Positions 12,401-24,683 of a stretch of DNA of 64,000 bases are shown piece by piece. Origin of the DNA: Anthoceros angustus. Taxonomy: Eukaryota > Plantae > Anthocerotophyta. The notes under the pieces were generated by a model that saw only the letters and a program-made list of their open reading frames with translations, ran no database searches and was not told the DNA's origin. The translations under genes and the position numbers were made by a program. Location: assembly GCA_010909165.1 (NCBI GenBank), contig MU008171.1:806001-870000 (forward strand), in the 5' to 3' direction. Position 1 is the first letter of the stretch; each line of letters begins with the position of its first letter.

Positions 12401-15400
12401 TACTCTCCGACCAAAAAGATCTTTGCTTCCAGGTAGGACTAGTTGAAGCAGAGAAACCACGTTCTTAATGACCTGAGGAAAAATCAAGCTACCATGAAGA
12501 AATTGCGACACAAGCTACTTCAAGAACCCTTAGTTATATGGAGAAGAGTATCGGATGGACCTTTTTGCGGTAAAACGCAACTCCATGTACATTGAAGGGC
12601 ATTTTTCTTGCACGAAGAGCTGCTTGGATGGATTTCCCTGTGACCTGAAGGAAAATCAAGATGTATCAGCACAGAGGTACTGAAAATTGCAAAATCACAA
12701 ACGAATTTGCTGGTGGTGGCCAATTTAGTAAAATGCCAGGCAAATTGTGGAACTGGCCTGTCGGCGATACAATATTGCACAGTTGCTGTATGATGTGTAT
12801 GTAGTAGACACATCCATCAGGATATTGTCCACAACATAAGCACATTGTGAAGCTTCAGTCCGGCACTCCCTTACGACAATATGCTTTCAGCTAAGGGAGA
12901 TATAAACACGTTGTGAAAGGAGACAAAAACAGCCAAGTGACTTATATTTGCTATAAAGAAGCCGTCCCTTTATGTCTAGGATACTTTGTCACCAGCGACG
13001 TTCTCAGTAAAGGCTTGCTTTGTTGCACAGCGGTTGATGTTGTTCCGGATGACTGAATGGGCAGCCTCGACAATGCAGCGTGTTGACCTATAATTTTGGT
13101 GGAGTCTCACCTAGCACATCAGACTGTCAAAACTGTGGTCGGGAAGCCAAAATTGCATACACAGAAGACACATCAGACGCTGCATGACTCCAAGACTGGA
13201 TTTTACTTCATTATGATTTGGGAAGTCCTTGCGAAAGCGTTCGAAACCCGTCAAGTTGGCACCATTGAAGCTAAAAATGGACTGTACACAGAAGAAATGC
13301 TTACAACAAGTCGTGGAAAGGCAGGTCTGCAAGGAGCAGAAGACAATCCAATGATACAAACATCCCACATTGGACAAATAGTACCTGGTCATCATCACCA
13401 ACAACGGTAACCCGGTTATGGGAAGCGATCAAACGCAAGAAATCATATTGCATAGCGCTGGTATCTTGAAATTCATCGACTAGCAAATAAGTCCAGGACT
13501 TGTGGCACTCATCTAGAACTGCACATCGCACATGAGTCAGCTCCTTGTTAGAATTCTATTGATCTATATATCCATTTGCATGTGTGGCAGGAAGTAGATG
13601 TACCTTCTGGATGTGCTTCAAGGAGCTTTACAGCAAAGCTTATGAAGTCATGATAGTCAAGAGCATTGCATGTTGCTAGTGCAGCTTCATAGTGCTTCAA
13701 AATATCTGCCTGGATATGACGTTAGCCAAATAGCTGTTTAGTCCATGATCCATTGGTTTGCAGATCAGTGAGTGTGCAGCGAGAGGATGCAAAAGGGCAA
13801 AAGCCTCACGAGCTAGCACTCACCCCAATACGATTCCCAATCTTCTCATAGTCGTTGGACGTCTTACCAGCAGCCTTTGCCTGCAGGGTTTGGCATTAGA
13901 CAAACCGAATGGCTGCTCAGAGCTAAAGAAAACCATTTGATATAACTGTGCAGAACAAAACCAAGACCGACTTTGGATAAGAGAGTGAAGGACAGAACTC
14001 ATGTACACACTTGTGTTACAAATTTCTGCCACTTTCTGGCCTTCTCCTTCCAGATGGCTGGACCTGCACCACTTTCTACCATATTATCAGAAGTGTCTTG
14101 CCTGTCTTCAGCAAGATGAGAAGCAGCAACATTCTTCGACAGTGCCAGCCTTGTAGCCTCTATTACTGCTCTTCTTTGTTGGCCATGTCCATATATCACA
14201 AAATCAGCTGTACGACCCAACCTGACACATTCAGAGGCCATGCACAAAAGATATCAGCATGTAAAAAGCTATTTTGCCTAGTCTAAGACCCATATATATA
14301 ACTGACGAGTAAAAGCAACGTCAACTCTGGGCAGCAGCTCACTTGTCAGCATGTGCTCGGCAAAGTTGCAGGCAGAACGAATGAAAAGTACAGATAGACA
14401 GCTCCTTGGAAGCAGCTTTCCCAACCAGAACTCCCACTCTTTCTCTCATTTCAGTAGCAGCAGCCGTGGTGAATGTCATGGCGAGGATGTCTTTGGGCTG
14501 CACACCCTGCACAGAATGTTGTCATGTGATTTCTATGTAGCAAAGGAACTTGACTAAATTTTCATTCCCCAGGAACGAAATAAGACGGATCACACCTGAG
14601 ACAGTACTTACGTCTCCCAATATTGTCAGCAGTCGAGCTACCATGGTTGAAGTCTGCAATCCAGAGATACAGAAGTTCAGTGTCACCAGATTCAAATTGC
14701 TGAGTAACTCTACGTGTTGAGCCCTACCTTTCCACTTCCTGGTCCAGCCAATATCAGCAAGGGCCTCGAGGAGTCACTTAATGCTGCTTTCTTTTGTGAT
14801 TCGTTCAACTTGCATATATATCCAGGGAGCTTTTCCGTGCCGGTTTCAGCTGATAGGGTCATCCGGTTAGACAAATGGAAGCAAGTGGAGATGTGCTTGA
14901 TAGTCATGACATCTGCTCCCCACTTACAACGGAAAGAAATGCACAAGCAATGGCATTATAGAGGCCAAGCAGATACAGAATTTTGACTAGACATGACACA
15001 TCCCTTACCGCTGCTTAAGACCGGCAGCTCAGAACTCACTCCCAAAGGTTCTGGTCTGACAACACTTGCGGTTGTCAAATCGTTTAAAGCCTCGACCCCT
15101 CCTGCGAAGGATCTCTTTCCCTGATCCTCACCTTCATCGCTCCCACAATCTGCGAGTGACCCAGCTACTGACATACTTGCCCTCTCAGCGCAGAGCCTGT
15201 CAATTTCAAGCAGAGAATTGTCATCAAATTCCGGTGACAGAACCTGAGGAGGTGCAAGCATAGTGCTTTCCCTCCCACATCCAGCTGTTGAATACTCTGT
15301 GCATAGCGTCATACAGTCACTGCCCGGAGCTTGCAACTCTACATCGCAGGCTCTAGGCGTGGCCACTATCACGGCATCATCCACGTGAACCCCCAAATTA

Positions 15401-16213
15401 GAGGACTCTGGCAGACGAGTTTTCCCATGCGTTTCCTTGTCTCCTTGACCTTTGGAGAGCAGTCCTGCTTGGTCCATATTCCTACAGGTTGCAGACTCGT
15501 CTGATTTCCAGACCGTAGCATCCAGTATGCCATGTCTGACCACGGTCTCAAACTGCGAACCACTTCCTGCCGGCCAGGGAGGCACTGAGGGCTCCGTGCC
15601 TGGATAAGAGTTACCCTTCAGCAGCTGGAATCCGTGTGGCGGCTGAAGGGTTTCAGACGTGTGCACGTCAGCCTTTCTCCCATTGACAACCCCTGTCCAG
15701 ACAGTTCGGGGTCCCTGGTTCTCCTTGAGGGAAAAATGTGGTGAAGCACGCAGGCAGTTGGCGGGGAGCTCTCTCAGGGCAAACTCCGACGGGCCATTCA
15801 AACAATGAGGGGAATCCACGGGCCTTTTGAAGCTACTAGTCCTGCATCGGAATCTAACATCAAGGTCACTCACCCAGTCGTAAATTGCTCAACTTGCTAG
15901 AACATTGGAATGAAAATCCACACCTGCCATTCATGCTTGCGGACAGCGCTGCCCTCTTGCGGTTAGCTGGAGACACGGGTCTGTCAGGCTGCACAAAATC
16001 GGGTAAACTTTTTTCCGTTTCAGTGACCGCAGGCTGCTTCTTGGCCAGAATTGCCTTAGCAGCACGAAAGTTGTGCATGATTCGAGCCTGCTGCGCCTGG
16101 GTGAGGCGTGTTTTCCCCTCCTGCTGCGCGACCTGCACAGGAAGGCGCTGCTCCTGCCCACATTCCGGATGAAGAGAAAATGTGCCGGAAGTGGAGAATT
16201 TGTGATGCTCCAT
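9467..16213 (-). CDS. SRS2: UvrD/REP-family ATP-dependent 3'-5' DNA helicase, SRS2-like (many short exons)
   Basis: N-terminal [19 protein letters not shown]; Walker [12 protein letters not shown] (~14720-14760); Walker [11 protein letters not shown] and VTVVGDDDQ (~13385-13490); [13 protein letters not shown]-terminal exons [22 protein letters not shown] and [30 protein letters not shown] (9467-9469). Not all internal exons were resolved. Confidence 0.92.
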
Positions 16214-16539
16214 TCAGGAGATCAACAATGGCAATACTACTAAGACCCCTTCACCGTGGGCGCTTGCTTCCCCCTTCCGCCAGCCGCAACACATGTCTCC
16301 GGCTCGGCTCCTCCTTCCACCCACAGTCAGGTCAGTTTGTCACGTTGAGGTGACGGACAAACATTTGAACCAGGGAATTCAAAAAATGACAGTTTAACGG
16401 TTCGATTGTGGAGCTGCACAATTACACGATACGATTCAAAGGTGGAAAAGCATCCGTGGAGACGTGAATGACCGAGCACTAGCTAGACAGTCCAGCAGCA
16501 GCCCCGCCCAGGCCATCCGCAAGCTTAAGGTGACGCATG

Positions 16540-16924
16540 TAAATGGAGGTGAGAAGGGTGTTGTTTGCAATCAAGATCGAGCCAAGCAGCTTCCACCCAT
16601 CCGTTCCATCCCACGTCTAGCGATCCCAGCTGTACCCTCACCCTATTCGTGAAGGAATGTATCCGAGTGAAGGAGTCGATTCGAGTCCTACAGATTTTCA
16701 ACTTGACAAGCTCATCCGTTACAACCCGTATGTTTACAAACGTGCAGATTGCAGCTCAAGCTCTGTTCCAGCTGCCCTCCCGCAGTTTGGCTGTTGCCCT
16801 AAACCAAAAACCCAAGCTTGTGAAGAAAATCCGTAAGACACTGTACGACTACCATGCTCCAGTTCTGCAGACATCCAGCAAGTCTGGCTGCATTCCCGGC
16901 CAGGACATCACAACCGACTTCTGA
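16540..16924 (+). pseudogene. GLP: Truncated germin-like gene: degenerate promoter/5'UTR joined to last exon (16748-16924) only
   Basis: Last exon IAAQALFQLPSRSLAVALNQKPKLVKKIRKTLYDYHAPVLQTSSKSGCIPGQDITTDF is nearly identical to the other copies. 16540-16690 resembles the 22345-22490 promoter; exons 1-3 are absent. Confidence 0.8.
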
Positions 16925-17780
16925 GACGCGCTTCAACGCCAATTCTTCAAACTGCACCTGAATCTCGAATAACTTGTCCATTTTATGTCCGGTAGGTGTT
17001 TGGTTTCCCATCTGGAGTCATGTCAGATGTATGCTACAGTACCAGCTAGCATCAATCTGAATCAAGGAATATGCAAGCGTGCAATTTTGCGTGTGTGCGT
17101 CTCCCTGGACACGCAGCATGCCGATGCAGTTTATTTGGCACTCGTTGTGAGGGTAGGCACTCAAGACGGTTATGCTCATGAATTTGAGTGAACATTGCGT
17201 CGGAAGAGCAGCCCTGGAGGCAAGCCTCCCAGATGTATCTTCCCAAATTTATTTTGATAACATTTTCAGAGCAACGCCGAATCAATGCTGCACAGGCAGC
17301 CGCTGCTACTGGTGACATAGCCTGGGAATGCTGAAAAAGCCGACAAGTTCTGCTGGTCTCCTGAATCGAAACACTGTGATGCTTCATGAAGGATTGGCGG
17401 AGTGGTAGGTTCTGTCTTCCATGGATAACAGAGTTCGAATCGTGTTCTGCCTACACTATATCCAGGATCGTACCGCACGGAAGTATTTTAGGCCTCCAAG
17501 GAGCCTGCGTCTCAATCTCCGAAGCAATGAATGCTTCGCGCGTGTGAAGGCTGGCGTGGCATGCCATGCCTCGCCCATCACGATGCTCTCTCATCGTAGT
17601 ATACTTTAAACGCAACACCATGTACAGGTCCATACAGGATGTCACTGCCGTATTTTGCCCAGCACGGCACAACCCAGTATACGCACCCACCACAACGAGG
17701 TTGTGATGTAAACCAACCATGCTTGATTTTAGAACCGTGCGAGAGTATGAACTGAGCGCGGGTGTCTTAAACAAACCATC

Positions 17781-17881
17781 CCAAAGACAAACAGATTAAC
17801 CTAAACCAACCAAGCACCCAAAGACAAACAGATTAACCTAAACCAAGCACCCAAAGACAAACACATTAACCTAAACCAAGC
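17781..17881. repeat. MULE left subterminal tandem repeat, ~33 bp x3 (CCCAAAGACAAACAGATTAACCTAAACCAAGCA)
   Basis: Three copies read directly inside the left TIR. Confidence 0.85.
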
Positions 17882-17899
17882 ATTCGGCCAAGCGTTCTT

Positions 17900-20300
17900 C
17901 CATGGAGTGTCCGCTGAAGGTGCAATTTCAGGGCTTGGTCAATTTCGCACCGAGAATCTAACTTGGCGGTTTTGAAGGATTTGAAGATTGCCTACATTCC
18001 ATGGAATAGAGTAGAAGATTTCATTTCGGTGAAGGCTTCAAATGTGCTGCAAGTTTCTATCGGAAGGATTCAAAGACTCAAAATTCACTACCACCACCAA
18101 TTGTGCCGTCCTTAGACACCGCAATCACATATATCGTACTTTGCAACTTCCAAGTTCTCTACACTAATTTCCCGACCATTTGGTTTCTGGCTTGGTGGCC
18201 TCTGTCCATGTGCTTTCTTTGCCTTAAGTTGAAGCCAAATCTTGGTATTTCTGTGGTGTTTCTATGTAGGTATTGGTGTTCATATGGACCGAGGATTTCG
18301 AGTGCTACCACACCCAAGAATGTGCGCATGAAGACCGGATGTATGGCCAATTTTGTTGTGAAGCGATTGCGCTTATTCCTGAAGTTGCTCAAATCCTTCT
18401 TCATGAAGAGGCGAGATCGAGCAGTGATATTTGTCATGGTCCAAGTATGTGGGACACCCTAAATTGTCTAGAGCTCCTTGGATCTCGAAGAGAAAAGGAT
18501 TGGGTTAAACATTGTCTTTATTGCAAGGTATCCGTGTCGGAGATTATGCGTCGGCATGTTGCGTTGTGTACGAGAAGATGAGTCACTACATAGGACATGA
18601 GCGTGGTGGTGACGTCGAGATGACTACATGCGGTAAGGATGTGTTGAACATGAAACGACAAGTGGAAGCGGGTGAGTGGAAACTAGACCGATGATGTAAA
18701 GTCCATCGAGATGTGGCTCAAAGTGAATGCCGACCTTATCTTCCATAGATCGAACTGTGAACCTTTTGTTTTAGGGTTGCAAACTCCTTTCATGCGGATG
18801 TTCATCAAGCATGGTAACAATAGTGTGTTAGCCATGGACGCCACATTTGGTATGAACAAGTATAGGTACCACTTATTTACGGTGATGGTTTTGATCAACA
18901 CCTTAATGGTATTCCGTTGCTTGGGCACTAACACGAGGCTACTATACTTTCTTTGGTATCATGGTTGACGCCACTCGACATGTCGCTCTTACAACATGTG
19001 CAACATGGGTCCCTAGTTGCTTCCTAGTTGATGATTGTTTTAGCGAGATAGGTGCCTTTAAACAGTATGGGGCCAACATACATGTTGTGTTGTGTCTATG
19101 GCATGTAAGGAAGGCTGGCAAACCTTTTAAAGAAGGTAAAGTGCATTATTGCAAGGAAGAAGATTTGGGCAGCTCTTGGAGATCATGTATGTCGAGGCCA
19201 TACACGCAAGATGGTACAACGCATGGGGTAAGGTATTGTTAGAGTTCTTCTACAAGGAGTGGCATGGAAGTCAACCACCTTTTGTTGAGTATTTCAAGAA
19301 GCGGTGGGGTGACTCTATAGGTATTATTCTTTGCCCAAAGTGCACTAGTTTCTTTGTGCGTAAGGGTTGCTTGAATGGATGTTTACATGGTGTCGGTGTG
19401 TGTAATAATGTTTCGCATTTCTTATGCCGGACATGGTTGAAGAACCGCAGGATGTTTCCCCACGGACAAGATACCACGCCCCGCTGGAGGCCTTTCATCG
19501 ATTCTTGAAGGAAAGAGTATCTTTTACCAAGGCTGTGCGGCGTATGGATTGGCTTCTTCATCAACTTGTGAACGAGGTAGCACGGCATTCGGTACCTTGA
19601 TTTCACCAAGACCGGGGTTATGTCAATTTAAAACTCGAGAAGGTATATGAGCATGTTTTGTCCATAGCACCATCCTGACAGGTCATATATTCTGTCAGTG
19701 GGTCTCCGCTGCATATTGCATGTCCTCCGAGGATAGTGACAAGGTTTACGTCATTGAGGCTGCACATTCTCCATGGGCATTTTGTACTTGTGGGATGGAA
19801 AGGATTCATTTGCAAACATGTTGTGAAGGTGCAATGTATGTGGTATATTTGAACATACTTCCGATTATTGCGCCTTGCTTGGTGTACCAATGGATCTTAT
19901 GTTCGGGCACAAGAAGAAGGAAGAACATTACCTGACCTAAATCTTGTTCTGGAGAATGAGATATCACATGATAATCATGTTCAGGATACAACGGCACAAT
20001 ACGGCAATGCTGTTGTCGCACATCTTCCCATCAACCCAGGTAGCTTGGAGGAGTTGAAGCTGAAACGACGTCGAGACTTGGATGCAATCTGTATGGGTAT
20101 TCCAAGCATTGTGGAAGCCAAGCCTGCTATTTTGTTTGAGGTCTCAGCAATAATGGAACAAGCACAACATCGTATTAGGGAAGTTGCCTGTGGACGAGGC
20201 CTCAAGCGAACCGGTATTAGAGGAGTTTGTTCGAATGACGGACCAACCGTTAGTGCGTTTCAAGGGCATTGAAGAACGCTCAAGACCAAGAAGAAAAAGT
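17900..20300 (+). pseudogene. MULE transposase with SWIM finger, frameshifted as sequenced
   Basis: SVLAMDATFGMNKYRYHLFTVMV (first DDE Asp), FLVDD..E and VLCLWHV (CxxH), and PWAFCTC followed by CKH in another frame (SWIM). Multiple frameshifts. Confidence 0.85.
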
Positions 20301-20325
20301 GATTACTTTGTGACACCTTTAGGCT

Positions 20326-20630
20326 AAGGGCTGAAGAATTTTGCAATCGAGGGCTGAAAAATTTTGCAATCGAGGGCTGAAAAATTTTGCAATCGAGGGC
20401 TGAAGAATTTTCAATCGAGGAATTTTGCGAGGAATTTTGCTCGAGGAATTTTGCTCGAGAATTTGTTAGGAATTCGAGGAATTTGTTCAGACTGTTTCGA
20501 CCTTGTATAGCCCGGACTTCTTTACTAGGATGTTTTACAAATTAGTACAATAATGAAGGCTCGTATGGCTAGAAGGCTACCGTATGGCTAGAAGGCTATG
20601 GCTAGAAGGCTACTGGCTAGAAGGCTATGT
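20326..20630. repeat. Tandem microrepeats downstream of transposase: 23 bp GAGGGCTGAAAAATTTTGCAATC, ~14 bp GAGGAATTTTGCTC and 14 bp TATGGCTAGAAGGC units
   Basis: Units read directly at ~20326-20480 and ~20564-20630. Confidence 0.85.
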
Positions 20631-21074
20631 ATGGCAATTTCCTACGAACTCTGATTCAAAAATACGTCCCATCCACGATGTCCCCGCCTTTGCTAGTTGT
20701 CCTCCTCACTTTGGTGAAGACATCAAGACTCCAACCGGCAGGTTTACCGAGGTCACGAGTACCGAGATAGTGGGCTGGCCAAGTGCATCTCCAGACTTAT
20801 ACGAGCCGCCCTCCAAGCGCTTTACCTGCATCATTTCTAGGGCCCTGCAAAGATGAACCTACAAAACACTTCCTCCGACAACAACGTGCTTCCAACAGGC
20901 ATCCCATACTAGCGATGCAATGTTTATCGCTGCCATACTCGGCTCATCACCCACTCTGCATTTGACCCCGAACTTGCCATCCACCGGAATGGAGCCGATC
21001 ACACATCACTCATCGAATTTGAGTGGCGGAAGAGCCATCGACCACAAGGCCCCCAACCCGCCACATCCCCACTC

Positions 21075-21520
21075 CCCGCCTCCCAAGGCCGCCCGTGGCC
21101 TCCCAAGGCCGCCCACCTGGCCTCCCCGCCTCCCAAGGCCTCCCACCAAGGCCTCCTGCCTCCCCGCCTGCCTCCCAAGGCCTCCCCGCGGCCTCAAGGC
21201 CTCCCAGCCGCCTCCTGCCTCCCCGCCTGCCTCCCCCGCCTCCTCCCCGTGGCCTCCCAGCCGCCCCGCCCTCCTCCCGGCCTCCCCCGCCTCCCCGCCC
21301 CGCGCCTCCGCCCCCGCCTCCCCGCCCCGCCTGCCTCCCCGGCCTCCCTCCCCTCCGCCCCGCGCCCCTCCTCCCGCCTGCGCCTGGCCCGCGCGCCTCC
21401 TCCCCGCCTGCGCCCCGCCCCGCGCCTCCCTCCCTCCCGCCCCGCGCCCCGCGCCTCCCTCCCTCCCCGCGCCCCGCGCCCCGCGCCCTCCTCCCGTCCT
21501 CGCGTCCTCCCTGATCGCTC
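21075..21520. repeat. Strand-asymmetric C-rich low-complexity array inside MULE, adjacent to the right TIR
   Basis: CCTCCCAAGG units grade into CCTCCCCG/CCCCGCG units; almost no A in the distal ~280 bp. Confidence 0.9.
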
Positions 21521-22122
21521 CTGCCTTCCGTCTTTAGTTTGAGACACCCGCGCTCAGTTCATACTCTCGCGCACGGTTCTAAAATCAAGCATGGTTGGTT
21601 TACATCACAACCTCGTTGTGGTGGGTGCGTATACTGGGGTTGTGCCGTGCTGGGCAAAATACAGCAGTAACATCCTGTATGGACCTGTACATGGTGTTGC
21701 GTTTAAAGTATACCACGATGAGAGAGCATCGTGATGGGCAAGGCATGGCATGCCACGCCAGCCTTCACACGCGCGAAGCATTGATTGCTTCGGAGATTGA
21801 GACGCAGGCCTCCAAGGACCTCCAACAATTCCAAGGGCTAGGGCTCCTGTGGCGGCGGGCCCTACCTCGTCCCGACCACCGCCACGCAAGCACATCGGTA
21901 CATATGTACTTAGGACGGGTAGCCGTGGTGGACCGCGCGATTAAGTAGCCCGACCCAGTGTTGGAATATATACGCAATGATGGGACAGAACAGACTTTGT
22001 TTAGAGTTACCAGACTCTGTTCATTTGCGTGACCAGGCCCTGATCATTTGCGTGACCAAGAGATAGCCGGAACAAGAGGTCACCATGGTAAAACATGCGG
22101 CTATGGTGATGGCGGGTCCTAC

Positions 22123-22356
22123 CACGTGGCCGGATGATGTTTCCGCTCAGCCCCATGTACATATGTACTAAACAATCGCTCGGATGTAGGCTCCGCGGCT
22201 TCCGGTGTATGTCCACTTGGGGTCTGAAGTCAAAACATCTGCCAAGTCACGTGTACGGAACTTACCGAGTCCACCGTCAACGGCCATCCGACGTGGCCAG
22301 TGGCAGGCGTCCAGCAGCGCCATCGGCAAGCTCCATCGAGAGGTGCCGTATATAAA
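22123..22356 (+). promoter_or_regulatory. GLP-A1 promoter: G-box/ABRE-like elements plus TATA box
   Basis: CACGTGGC 22123-22130, CACGTGT 22248-22254, ACGTGGC 22291-22297, TATATAAA 22349-22356. The same motifs are kept in the duplicate at ~50550-50785. Confidence 0.55.
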
Positions 22357-22578
22357 TGGAGCTCAGCAGTCTGTTGTTGGCGGAGCTTGAGCCAAGCAGC
22401 TTGGACCCATCCATAGAGCGACCGCCATCCCATCCCGACTCGGAATTTGAGGCGGTTTCATCTGTGCAAGAGGCGTCGATTCGAGTGGGCAGCTGCGCAT
22501 TGCAAGTGTGCAGTTTGAGAGACAGTAGTAGAAGAGCTGCTGCCGCACACCTCAAGCTTCAACTGGACAATTGAAGGA

Positions 22579-23586
22579 ATGGCGTCCAGGGTGCCGCGCT
22601 GCTCCTCCTGGGCTGGTTGCTTTACAGCCTCGCGATTGCTCCCGGCGTGCGCTCCGATCCCGATCCTCTCACCGACTTCGAAGCTGGCGTGAGGAGTTTG
22701 TTTCTCGCGACGTGTTCAAAAACAACGGCGTCCAGGGACCGGGCGGCATCCGAGCTGACCTCCCGTCGCCAAGTTCCCCGCCCTCGCGAGTTTGCTGCAT
22801 CGCGCGCCAGCAGCAGTAAGCAGTAAGCAGGCCTGGTACTGAAACCACATGCCTGAATTTGATCGGAATTTGGGTGAATGCAGGTCACAGGGAATCACGG
22901 TTGTGAGATTCAAGTTGTTCCCGTGCGGTGAGAACTTGCCGCACACGCACCTGAGGGCAACGGAGGTCCTTACCATGTTGTCGGGCGGGCCGCTCCAGGC
23001 TGGCTTTGTTGACACCAATGGTAAGCGTTGTTGTGAGCATTTAGGCATTGAGTTTGTTGATGAGCAATCCAATTTGTGCGCGCACCAAATTGAATTCCCA
23101 CCTGCTCCTGATGAGGATGGTGAATGAATGTGTGGCAGGAACTGCGCATATCTACATCCTCACACCGGGTGACGTGATCGTCTTCCCTCGTGGATTGCTG
23201 CATTTTGAGTTGAATGTGGGAACCGAGGATGCAGAGTTCATTTCCTCACTCAACAGCGAGAACCCTGGCTCCTTGGTACGTTCGCAGAGACTAGCAAGTT
23301 TGCAGTTGAGACTCTTTTGATAGGGTTTGCAAGCTTGCGAATTGGAGTTCCCATCTTCCACCGCTGCCATGCTCATCCGTTACAACCCGCGGGTGCGTGC
23401 ACTATGCAGATTGCAGCTCAAGCTCTGTTCCAGCTGCCCTCCCGCAGTTTGGCTGTGGCCCTGAACCAGCCACCCAAGGCTTTGCAGAAAATCCGCAAGA
23501 CCCTGTACGACTACCACGCTCCAGTTCTGCAGACATCCAGCAAGTCGGGCTGCATCCCCGGCCAGGACATCACAACCGACTTCTGA
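22579..23586 (+). CDS. GLP: Germin-like (cupin_1) protein A1, signal peptide, 4 exons; single-base deletions as sequenced
   Basis: SDPDPLTDF; germin box 1 PHTHLRATEV; box 2 GDVIVFPRGLLHFELNVG; SLNSENPG; last exon to TDF-TGA. Homopolymer deletions break exon 1 as written. Confidence 0.85.
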
Positions 23587-24683
23587 GCCATCTCGGCTGA
23601 GTGGTAGCAGATAGCACGACTCTGAATCACAGAATATGCGAGCATGCAGCCATCGTGTTTGCGTGTGCGCAGACACGCACCATGCTTGTGCAATTTTTGG
23701 CACTCGTTTTATGAGTGGGCACTCAAGGCGTGTCTATTCAATTCAGTGCTTAGTGTTGCTATGAATGAGCAGCCTTGGAGACCAGCTGCCCAGAATGTAG
23801 TGAGGTCAACATTTTGAAAACAAGGCCCAATCAGGGACCATTTTCACCAGTTCCCATTCACACTTTCCCAATCCATTGCCTGCTGGGCTGCCGCTGCTCC
23901 TGGCCGCATTGCTCCATCTAGGAGAGCAACAATATTAATGACAAGGCTCTTGGGAGGCCCGGCCCTTGAGCGAGGACGGCTGGACGCTCAGCTGTGTCCA
24001 GCCTTGCTGCAATGCTTAGGGATAGATGCCTCCTCCAGACATGTGAAGTCATGATCCTTTGCTGTGAAGCACAGTATATGCCTACAAAGGTGCGTCCTTC
24101 TCACGAATGTCTGAATCCTTCATCCAGACGTCAGCTGTGAGCCTGTGATGAGTAATGACATTATTTTCTTAAGCTTCCCATGATGATGGGCATAACCTGC
24201 AATCGACACACTGCGTCCTACTACTGTGTTGCTGTTGAGAGGTTCCGCGAAGCAACAAGGCGGTCATAGCAGCAGCGATCACTGGCCGAGGACTCAAAAA
24301 TTAAGATGGAAGCTGGAAGCACGTTCCGTTTTGAAACTGGGATGCGCTACAACGCCGAGTTCGAACTGCAACCGGAGTCAAGGAAAAGCGAAACCGCGTG
24401 TACGGGGCAGCCCAAGTCAGTCGTCAACGACGGCAACGGAATGGTGGCAGGCAGCAGCAGCGGCGATTGCGGCTGCAGCTACGCATAAAATGGAAGGCGA
24501 GGAGCTTCATGTCATCCATCGTCCATCGGCAGTCCTTCCTGACTTGCAATTCGCTCCATCTCATCCACAACAGCAGTGACTCCAGTGGCAGATGCACACA
24601 GCACCATCGCGGAAGACAGTCCTAGCAGAAGACAAGGCCGAAGACAGTACGAGTGTAGAGTGACGAGACAGACAAGCGAGGGC

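Larger units (their letters stand above)
17503..21809 (+). mobile_element. Mutator-like (MULE) DNA transposon, 4307 bp, structurally complete
   Basis: TIRs 17503-17772 and 21537-21809 (GCCTGCGTCTC..GAGACGCAGGC, ~8 differences by eye). 9 bp TSD CTCCAAGGA at 17494-17502 and 21810-21818. Confidence 0.95.

Noticed and set aside
14956-15873. 305 aa ORF as a separate gene
   Set aside because: It lies between the SRS2 N-terminal exon and the Walker A exon on the same strand, so it is best read as the low-complexity N-terminal exon of the helicase.
20920-21547. Long Pro/Arg/Gly-rich ORFs on both strands (extensin-like appearance)
   Set aside because: They result from a C-rich low-complexity array that lacks stop codons in every frame; no signal peptide or SPPPP pattern.
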